DNA of 64,000 nt from Chrysomallon squamiferum (Eukaryota > Animalia > Mollusca): positions 8,122,001 to 8,186,000 of the forward strand of contig CM022678.1 of assembly GCA_012295275.1 (NCBI GenBank). Reading direction: 5' to 3'. Position 1 is the stretch's first letter. Each line of letters opens with the position of its first letter. Position numbers and translations under genes: made by a program. Positions 54,069-64,000 of this stretch are shown one piece after another. The notes beneath the pieces were generated by a model, which did not search any database, was not told the DNA's origin, and saw only the letters and a list, made by a program, of their open reading frames with translations.

Positions 54069-54575
54069 ATGAAGTGCCATAGGGGTGAGAAATATCTCAA
54101 ATGTGAAGTTTGTGCTAAATGTTTCTCATACAATTCGAATTTAAAATATCACATGATGGTCCATACTGGACAGAAACCGTTTAAATGTGAGATTTGTGCA
54201 AAATGTTTCTCACGAGTTGCACATAAGAAACGTCACATGAACGTCCATACTGGAGAGAAACGTTTACAATTAACAGACGTTTTAAATGTAAAGTCTGTGA
54301 AAAATGTTTCTCGAAACGTGTATATGCAAAACATCAAATGAAGTGCCATAGGGGTGAGAAATATCTCAAATGTGAAGTTTGTGATAAATGTTTCGCACAG
54401 CGTTCGAGTTTAAAGTATCATATGACGATCCATACTGGAGAGAAACCTTTTAAATGTGAGGTTTGTGCAAAATGCTTCTCACGAGGAGATGTTCTAAAAC
54501 ATCAAGATACATAGTGGTGAGAAGAGTTTTAAATGTGGAGTTCGTGCAAAATATCTCAAACAAGGTGGTATCTGA
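54069..54575 (+). pseudogene. Former 3' fingers of ZNF-C, beyond the stop, with an internal duplication and frameshifts
   Basis: Two intact fingers, then an out-of-frame copy of about 53996-54124 at about 54266-54394, then fingers nearly identical to the ZNF-B tail. Confidence 0.8.
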
Positions 54576-54703
54576 AAAATTACACGAAGTTCCACTTTTA
54601 TGAGAAGGGTTTGAAAAATGATTGATGATAATTTGTGAAATGAAGGAGAAAAAGTAACCATGAAATAAAATATTTTGTAATAAACAGCACTTAAGAAAAG
54701 TAA

Positions 54704-54965
<262 letters not shown>

Positions 54966-56141
54966 TGTAAAATATTTTTCTTACAGTTGGATTTATGATA
55001 TACAAAGTTAAGGTGATAATTTTGTTCAATAAAAGAGAAAGAAATCGCATCAGTATTCATATTCTTTAATTTTGAGCAGCATTTTATTACTGATATCCAG
55101 CATCACTGTTGTGTTACTACTACCACTAGCAATATTAAGTAGGTGATTGATGGTTAATTATTTTATGACGACTCTAGAAGAGAGTTGACAGCGAATGCTT
55201 TTTATTTTCAACTGCATGATTCTGTGATTAATATTTATGTAGTCAAGATTAGTTTGGAAAAAATATTAGTTTTGATATCAACAGTATCCAAAGGAATATT
55301 AAATTTTGTGAAATAAAAAGGAAAAGGAAACCATAAATATTTTGTTCAATAGTTTTTATTGTTTAATTTTATGTAACATTTTATAACTGCTCTAAGAGTA
55401 CGACTGTAGTGACCTCGACCCAAACCACTGCAAATACTACAACTACTTCGATACCTGCTACCAACAGTACAAATATTATAACTACTACCATTTCTGTGAC
55501 AAAAACTCTTTTCTACTACTACTACTAATAATAATAGTAATAATAGTGGTAATAATAATAAGAAGAAGAAGATGAAAAGTAGTAGTAGTAGTAATTAACA
55601 ATATTAACTTGGAAACTGGGTAGTTGAAAACATCAAATAATGGAAAGAATACTTCTAAAACTGATTTAAACCCCGTGCTATAATTGTTACGATTGTAATC
55701 AATTTCAGAAACTGACTTCGAATTTTCATCTCTTGAAGAATTGCCACAAAAATTAAATTCCAAGAAGTCACTGCCATAAATACAATTTTTAAAGGCGATT
55801 TCATACATTGTTATAGCTATTATCTTGTTGTTTGAAATCTCGCACGTGGAGATAGCTTGTTTCATACAGCTCTGTACGATCTTTGGACAACCGCGGCACC
55901 TCTGTGGACAACGTTCTCTCCAGTCAGGATCACGTCTCACGTGATAATTAACTATCGTAAACATTCTTCTTTACTTGTTCACGAAAATAAACATTTATAC
56001 ACGTCTCATTCTAAAGTACTTCATGCAATTATTATACTAAAGAAGAATTGTCATAAAAATTAAATTCCTAGAAGTCACATAAATAGAAGTTTTAGAGATT
56101 TGTTTTTCTTGTTGTTATTATCTGAAGAACGAGACTGGGAG

Positions 56142-56214
<73 letters not shown>

Positions 56215-56412
56215 TTGATTCTTAATTTTTATAACAATGTTAATAAAATTAAAATTAAAATATCCGCATATGAAAATAAATAATAATAATAAAAACTATA
56301 TAAAAGTAACTTAACACAGACAGAAATATCCGTCTGGCTCGTTTTTGTTGCCGTTCCGATGAAGTGAGTCTGGTTAAAGCCGTGTAATGAAATAATACTG
56401 TTCTTTCTGATA

Positions 56413-56570
56413 TTAGAGTGCGCGCTGTATTTTGAAGGAAATCTAATAAGAGTACAAGGGGGAGATAAACCACTGAACTGCTATTAAGACGAGACACAGA
56501 ACGTGTTTTACGTAAATTTTGGAAATGAATGGAAGGAAAGAAATAAATAAGAACCCAGTCAGGTAATCTA
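56413..56570 (+). promoter_or_regulatory. Type I promoter/first-exon cassette for ZNF-D
   Basis: TTAGAGTGCGCGCTGTATTTTGAAGGAAA ... GGGGAGATAAA ... CAG|gtaatc (donor at 56563); acceptor at 57721. Confidence 0.6.
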
Positions 56571-58041
56571 GAAGACATCTGCTGTAAATTGTTCTAAGAA
56601 TTTTTCGCAAAACACCAAGATAATTCGTTTGTGTTAAATAACGACGTCGTACTCTTTGTTGACGTGGTATACCTATAATCGTTTTTATAGTAAAGTCTTT
56701 TAACGATAGCTGTATTTTTATTATTCCTTAAATACAGCATAGAACTAATTAAATAATTAACAAATGGCAATAAATACAAACATTTGTTCAAAGATAAAAG
56801 TCGACTACATAAACTACTCCATTGAAAACATTGTAGATATTGTTTTTATTTAGCGTACAGATGTAGCAGGTCAGTTGTTTCATTGACAGTTTTCTCATAG
56901 TTAACACATCAGATCATTCAAATGTGTGATTATTCCATATTTGTAAGAAGGGGTCACATAATATTCTTTTAACAGCATGTTTTGACCATACTTTGGTACA
57001 TGAATATATGTTACATAAGTCACATTCATCTGTACACACTTTGTAAAACAAAAAGATAAACGTGATCTAGCATTTGTAATGTAATGACATCCATAGAGTA
57101 AGATATATATTTACAATCTTATCAGTTCATAAATTAAATTCTCTACCTTCTTCTTTTCTCAGCATAGGAAACAGGCTTTGAAGTTCAACAGACTGAATAT
57201 TTTTTGGTATTTACAAGGGATCCAGAAGTACGTGAAACATCCATATGAGAATGCATAAGTTTTTTCTGAGATGCATTTAGTTTTGACTTCCAGGTTTCCC
57301 AATGTAGTTGAAACGATCGCAGTTGGTGTTATAAATCATTTCTTTTAATAGTACGTTAGACAAATAAAAAAATAAAATAAAATGATAATAACGTGATGTA
57401 CGTTAACATTGTTCAAAAAAAAAAAAAATAAAATAATAATAAAAAGTAAAAATCTGTTACTGATAGAATACCTTCACAATTGTCTTAGCTGAAAATATTA
57501 CTGCATTATTTATGTAGAATCAAATCGAATCACATGACAGATTTTCTTCTTGCCGTACTCCAAAATTGCAAGTAAACATAGGATTTTCAAAAAGTACAGT
57601 TTTAGAATGAAATGAATTTGTAATTAAATAGAATCTATTGTTTAAAATGATACACTTGAATAACATATGCCATTTAAATTTTGCATTGCCTTAGTCTCTT
57701 ATTTCTGTTGTATATTTTCAGAAATAAATCAGAAAGTAAGAACCAGAATTCAGGACCTTGCCGAAAGGGATAAAAACGTGAAGTGAGAAAAATAATTCCG
57801 TCAAATTACAGACTGTTGTTTTAAGAAATATCCCCTGTACACTTTAGCACTGTTAATTCACTTTGTGTTTTATTTCACGTAACATTACATTCAAGAAATC
57901 TGATTTGTGAATCTTCTACTAAGATATAATTATAATAGTCGTGGTAACCTAATGAAATAAAGTTTACAGCAGAGAGAAAGAGATATGATGTGACGTCTAT
58001 ATGGAATGAATTTTCTAGAAATAAGAAATATAAAAATTAAC

Positions 58042-58761
58042 ATGGCAAGTCACAATAATCAAGAATTATTCAGCATCCATTCCGGTGAGAAACCTTTTAA
58101 ATGCGAAGTTTGTGCAAAATGTTTCTCACAAAAAATATATGTAAAACATCATATGAGAGTCCATACTGGAGAGAGACCTCATAAATGTGAAATTTGTTTA
58201 AAATGTTTCTCACATGGACCGAATCTAAAATGTCACATGAAGCTTCATACTAATGAAAAACCATTTAAATGTGATGTCTGTGGAAAATGTTTCACACAAA
58301 GAGCAAGTGTGAAAAGTCATATGAAAGTCCATACTAGAGAGAAGCCTTTTAAATGTGAAGTTTGTGCAAAATGTTTCTCATGGAGCTCGGGTTTAAAATG
58401 TCATACATGCGTCCATCAAAGAGAGAAGCCTTTTAAATGTGAGGTTTGTGCAAAATGTTTCAATCGGCGTTCGAGTTTAAAAGATCATATAAAGATCCAT
58501 ACTGGAGAGAAGCCTTTTAAATGTGAAGTTTGTGCAAAATGTTTCAACGTCCGTTCAAATTTAAAAGATCATATGAAGATCCATACTGGAGAGAAGCCTT
58601 TTAAATGTGAAGTTTGTGCAAAATGTTTCAACGTCCGTTCAAATTTAAAAGATCATATGAAGATCCATACCGGAAGGAAGCCTTTTAAATGTGAAGTTTG
58701 TGGAAAACGTTTCTCACACAGCTCCAGCTTCAAATATCATACGAAATTACATGCTGGATAG
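58042..58761 (+). CDS. C2H2 zinc-finger protein ZNF-D: 8 fingers
   Basis: The family-homologous ATG (TTAACATGG) is at 58042; the track starts at an in-frame ATG at 58006. Eight canonical fingers; the TAG replaces the linker GAG, and decayed fingers follow to about 58960. Confidence 0.9.
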   Translation: MASHNNQELFSIHSGEKPFKCEVCAKCFSQKIYVKHHMRVHTGERPHKCEICLKCFSHGPNLKCHMKLHTNEKPFKCDVCGKCFTQRASVKSHMKVHTREKPFKCEVCAKCFSWSSGLKCHTCVHQREKPFKCEVCAKCFNRRSSLKDHIKIHTGEKPFKCEVCAKCFNVRSNLKDHMKIHTGEKPFKCEVCAKCFNVRSNLKDHMKIHTGRKPFKCEVCGKRFSHSSSFKYHTKLHAG

Positions 58762-60424
58762 AAACCTTTTAAATGTGAAGCTTGTGCAAAAAGTTTTTTT
58801 CACATAAAGATCCAAACTGGTGAGATGTCTTTCAAATGTGAAGTTTGAGCAAGATGTTTCTCACGAGATGCTGTAAAATGTCGCTTAAAGATCCATAGTG
58901 GTGAGAAATGTTTTGAATGTTGAGTTCGTGTGAAATATTTGCAACAAAATGGTATCTAAAATATCACATGATGTCCCACTCTTATTAGAAACGTCTGAGA
59001 AATCACTGATAACTGAAAATAAAAGTGATAGTTTGTTAAATAGTAACAGTAAATATAAAATACTGTTTTGTAATAAACAACCTTTAAGAAAAGGTAATGA
59101 AGAATACGATTAGTTTGATTAGTTTGATTGATAACAATTCTGAAATAGAAAGTCCTACTAACTTCTTTTTCTACTAGCACTAGTATCGTTACTGCCTTTA
59201 CTGTTGTGCTACTGCTACTACTACAACATCAGGGAAGTGGATATTAGACGTCACGTCAACTTTCACCAATTCCTTATTATTGTTATAACAGATTATATTA
59301 ATTTCAGAAAAAATGTTTTCTCTTTGTCTCTGTGCCTTGTTTCTTTTTTTTCTTTTTTTTTTTTAATGGTACATACATTCCGCTTATCCATTGTTTTTTT
59401 CTTTGCGCTTTTGTATTCCTAATTATGTATACGTGTATTTACTTGAAACATTCATACTAATACTACTACTGCTGCTATATATTAATTTTACTGTGTGCAG
59501 CTGTACCTTGTTTCAAAAGACTGTTTTAGTAAGTTATAATAATCTTGTACACTACAGTTGTTTGTGAGGAGCGAGGTCTTCTTCATTTTATAAACATAGA
59601 AAACTGAGCGAAACGCGGAAATAAATAGAAATGCATCCTTTGATGCTAATTTCAAAATAAAATGTAAAGAACTGATACTAATGTATACGTGTTTAAATGA
59701 TACAATCATCTTAAGCAGCATTTCGTTGAACTGAAGATGTACGGCGATTTCACCTATGTGCTAACTGAATTTAGGAAGATTTCACAAATATATATACAGA
59801 TAGATAAATTTATCTAAACATACTCAGATACAATCAAACATAATAAAGACATACAGACAAATATACATATTTGGAATCAGTTTTAAATGTTTCGGGTAGC
59901 ACTCTAAAAGATTAGGCAGTCTTGAAAATAAACAGAAATAGTCAAAAACTAAATATTACTTAGACATTTTATTATTTTTCACTGATTGGATATATTTTTT
60001 TAAATTTCAACGGTATACAATTACTCCTTTTGTGGATTGACGGTTCAGAACATAGACATTGTTATAGGGGCAAACTTTCTATATTCACGTTGGGAAAGAA
60101 ACGTTATACAACACTCAAGCATGAGGAACATTTTAAGTAATTACTACCTTAATGGCAAACGTAGTATAATCTTAACAAAACACTCAAGGATGAACGACAC
60201 TCATTACAGTTTAAACAAAACACCTGCTAATGATAAATAAACTTTAGTTAAAACCTGCCAACATCACAAATCAGCTGAACAAACAAACAACAATAAACAA
60301 TATAATACGTAATAAAGAAGCCAAAAACTTCGTAAACTATTACGACACCAAGAAACGGTGATCAGTTAAAACCTGTAACAATCAAACCTCTACTAAGACG
60401 CATACGTAATTCATCTGAGTTGTG

Positions 60425-60640
60425 TCTTATATAAACCGAGTATAGTTCAGATATAGATCTGCTACAGACACGCCCGCTGACCTGTCAGAAAGCGAGCTTG
60501 CTGTAGACGTTCTTCACAACGGCTTGCTCGGATCAGCACGTTAATTTTGTTCAAGGTTCAAGATCTAGACACACATCTGACTGAGAAATAAACGAAAGAC
60601 GCACAATAACTCATTTCTCGTTGAATTTTCTAGTAAGTCA
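60425..60640 (+). promoter_or_regulatory. Type II (TATA) promoter/first-exon cassette for ZNF-E, carrying an insertion of about 110 bp
   Basis: TATAAACCGAGT at 60430, gtaagt donor at 60633, acceptor at 61394. Confidence 0.5.
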
Positions 60641-61686
60641 TTTTAGGTACTTTTATTTTCATTCCATTATACTCATGTCTATTCGCTTCAATATTATTTC
60701 AGTGTTAGAATATTTACTAGAATCCAACATTTATTTAAAATCAGCGATTCTTGGAATAAACCTGACACATTAATAACATTTACAAACTGCTTGTGATAAT
60801 CATTAACAGATAGAGCTTTGGCAAATAAATTTGACTGTGTGTATATAAACTAAATTCTCTCTATATATTTTTTTTTTTAGAAACTGTCTAAAGCTTAGTT
60901 GAATGAATCTTTCTTGGAATGTATGAAGGATCCAGATCTAGTCAAGCTATTTGACTCCAATAACAATTTTCATTTTATTGTTTTTATATATGAGTCTTAG
61001 AACATTATTTTGTTTTCCAAAATTCCTTCTTCAAAAACAGTAAGTCTTAGATACTTCCAGGATTTCCAATGTAATTCAAACGATCGCAGTTGGTGTTGTA
61101 AATAATCTGCTGTTTCCATTAATAGTACTGTATAGAAATAATAATAATAATTATTATAATAACGATGTAGATTATCAAAAAAGAAAAGAAAAGAAAAAAA
61201 AAAAAAAAAAAAAAAAATGTTACCTTAAAAATTGTATTAGCTGAAAATATTACTACGTTATTTATGTCGAATCAAAACGAAAAAGATCCAAGTAATTAAA
61301 AATAAACTATTTTATGAAATTATATACTTGAATAAAATATGCCACGTTAAATATTGCATTCCCTTAGTTTCTTATTTCTATTTGATGTTTTCAGATATGA
61401 TTAAGAAAGTAAGAACCAGAATTCAGAACCTTGATGAAAGAGAATAAAACGTGAAGTGAGAAAAATAATTCCGTCAAATTACAAATTGTTGTTTTAAGAA
61501 ATATCCCCTTTAGCAACTATTAATTCACTCTGTTTTTTATATTTCGTTACATTACATTCAAAACACAGCTGATTTGTGAACCTTCTAGTAAGATATAACT
61601 ATAGTAGTCGTGATAACGTAATGAAATAAAGCAGACAGAAAGAGAAAAAATTGATGCATGTAAGGAATGAGAGTATAAAAATTAAC

Positions 61687-62173
61687 ATGGCAACTCAAAG
61701 TAATCAAGAATTATTCAGCATCCATTCTGGTGAGAAACCTTTTAAATGCGATGTTTGTGCAAAATGTTTTTTAACAACGAATACATGTGAAAAATCATAT
61801 GACAATCCATACTGGACAGAAAGCTTTTAAATTTGAAGCTTGTGCAAAATGTTTCTCAGTACATGGCGGTTTAAAACGTCATATGATGGTCCACTCTGGT
61901 GAGAAACGTTTTAAATGTGAAGTTTGTGCAAAATGTTTCAATCAGCCTTCGAGTTTAAAATGTCATATGAAGATCCATACTGGAGAGAAGCCTTTTAAAT
62001 GTGAAGTTTGTGCAAAATGTTTTTCACACAGGTGGTATCTCAAACTTCACGGAAAGATCCATACTGGTGAAAAGTCTTTCAAATGTGAAATTTGTGCGAA
62101 ATGTTTCTCACGACGAGATGTTCTAAAAAGTCATATGAAGATGCACAGTGGTGAGAAAGATTTTAAATATTGA
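61687..62173 (+). pseudogene. C2H2 zinc-finger paralog ZNF-E, frameshifted in finger 1
   Basis: Leader MATQSNQELFSIHSGEKPFKCDVCAKCFL from ATG 61687, then one extra A at about 61773-61774 relative to ZNF-D. Finger 2 has C to F and three intact fingers follow. A sequencing error or use of an internal ATG cannot be excluded. Confidence 0.7.
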
Positions 62174-64000
62174 GTTGGTAGGAAATATTTCCAAAACGTT
62201 GGTATCTAAAATATCACACGACGTCCATTTTTTATTAGAAACGTTTGGGAGATGGCTGATGATAACTGAAAATGAAGTGATAATTTTTGAAATTCAGAAA
62301 AACCGTAACCATTAAATATAATATTGTATAATAGACAAAATTTAACAAGTTAATGAAGAATACGAGTTTTGATTAGTTTGCTAGATAAGAAATCTCAAAA
62401 AGAAAATCAGACTAACTACTTCTACTACTAGCACTTGTATTATTAGTGCTTTTACTGTTGATCCAAATATTACCACTGCTACTATTACAACATCAGGGCA
62501 GTGGATATTGGACGTCATACCAACTTTCATCAGTTCCTGTTACTGTTATAACAGATTATCTTAATTTCAGAAACATTGTTTTCTCTTCATGCTGATCTGT
62601 TTTTGTGTGTGTTTGGGTACATACATTCCAACATCCATTATGTTTTTTTTGAATATCTTTGTTTTTGTAATTATGTATACGTGTATTTTGTGAGCAGCGA
62701 GGTCTTCTTCATTTTACAAATATAGAAAACTGAGCGAAATAAGGAAATAAATCCAAATGCATCAAACCGATGACAGTAATATACCTAGTATACGTGTTTA
62801 AGTGATAGAATCATCTTAAGCAGCATTTCGTTCAACTGAAACTGTAGGGCTATTTCACTTATGTGGAAACTGAATTCAGGAACATTTCCCATGGAATACA
62901 AATGTATACAGATAGATAAAATGATATAAAGACATACACAGATGAACACAGATACAAACATAATAAAGCCATATAGACAGACATACGTTAGGATCAGTTT
63001 TAAGAGTTTCGGATAGCAGTAACAGAATAGGATGTCTTCATAATAAACAGGAGTAGTTTAGATCTGATAATAAACTAGACATTTTAATATTTTTGATTCC
63101 GGGAGTCTTCAGTAATAGCGTGTAATGTCTCACTAATTTAATGATGAAAATTTACTTGAAAATATGAAAAATATCTCGTATCTAAATTGAAGTATTTTAC
63201 AGCTTGTAAATGAAGACAAAAGTTAAGAAATGTTCTATAGCGTTCTAGTTTTCTCTACTTTTACATATCGCTTCACTGATTGGAGATGTTAAAAATTTCA
63301 ACGTAGTACCATTATCATTCTTGGGGATTGGTCGTTCAATTTATATATATATATTGTCGCAGTGATAAACTTCCTATATTAAAATTAGGAAAGAAACGTT
63401 ATACAACACTAAGAATTAACGACACTTTATTAGCATTTACTGCCATACTGAGAAAACACTCATTACAGTTTAAACAAACGAACCTGCTATGGATAAATAA
63501 ACAGGAGGATAGTGGTGAGAAATGTGAAATTTGTGGAACATTTTTCACACGACATGGACGTGTAAAATTAAGTGGACACAAACGTTTTAATAGTTAAATA
63601 TTAAGTAGATGATTGATGGTTAATTATTTTTATGACGACTCTTGAACAGTAAATCCTTTTTACTTTAAATTTTTCAATTCTCGGATTAATATCTATGTAG
63701 TCAAGATTATTTTGTAAAAGTATTAATTTTCATATTAACAGTATATAAAAGATTATTAAATTTTGTGAAATAAAAAGAAAGAGCAAACCATGAATGTTTT
63801 GTTCAGTATTTTTATTGTTTAATTTTATGTAAGATTTTAAAACTGCTCTAACAGTACGACTGTTGTGACATCTACAGAAACCACTGCAAATATTATAACT
63901 CCTGCTACCCATTCTGTGAAAAAAATTCTTTGTACCACAATTACTACTATTAATTTTTTGACCAGAAATCCTGAGTTTTTGGCCGTTAATCCGTACATGT

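Noticed and set aside
55485-55964. 159-aa minus-strand ORF
   Set aside because: GTG start, no recognisable domain, and it runs into (TAA)/(TAG) microsatellites. It overlaps a local duplication (55735 and 56042).
60457-60560. Hammerhead ribozyme, tRNA or SECIS in the GC-rich insert
   Set aside because: CTGA and GAAA are present, but the CUGANGA core, a cloverleaf and a SECIS quartet are not.

Overview
AT-rich, microsatellite-dense animal genomic DNA with spliced genes; nothing prokaryotic. The repeat load and finger-only C2H2 cluster are compatible with a lophotrochozoan such as a cephalopod, but the taxon cannot be proven from this window. Four parts: (1) 1-4864, a giant Ser-rich disordered coding region open from the window edge and split by one -1 frame change at about 1718-1814. 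(2) 8157-22792 (+), a class-2 DYRK kinase (DYRK4 / Drosophila smi35A type). It reconstructs by hand to 12 exons and 772 aa, has an unresolved 5' end and ends in a His-periodic NP(A/S)H repeat tail. (3) 37961-33620 (-), a 177-aa pinocchio-like Cys-rich gene with four coding exons, tail-to-tail with the kinase. (4) about 40.2-64 kb (+), a tandem birth-and-death cluster of finger-only C2H2 zinc-finger genes and pseudogenes, plus two Tc1/mariner relics. Main finds: two homologous 137-nt exons (13951-14087 and 14958-15094) that each encode the kinase glycine-rich loop and VAIK lysine and can only be used one at a time, with a candidate intronic RNA duplex over the branch region of the second; tandem repeats built from splice junctions at six separate exon boundaries; and two distinct promoter/first-exon cassettes shuffled among the zinc-finger paralogs. 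All gene models are manual and untested by transcript data.
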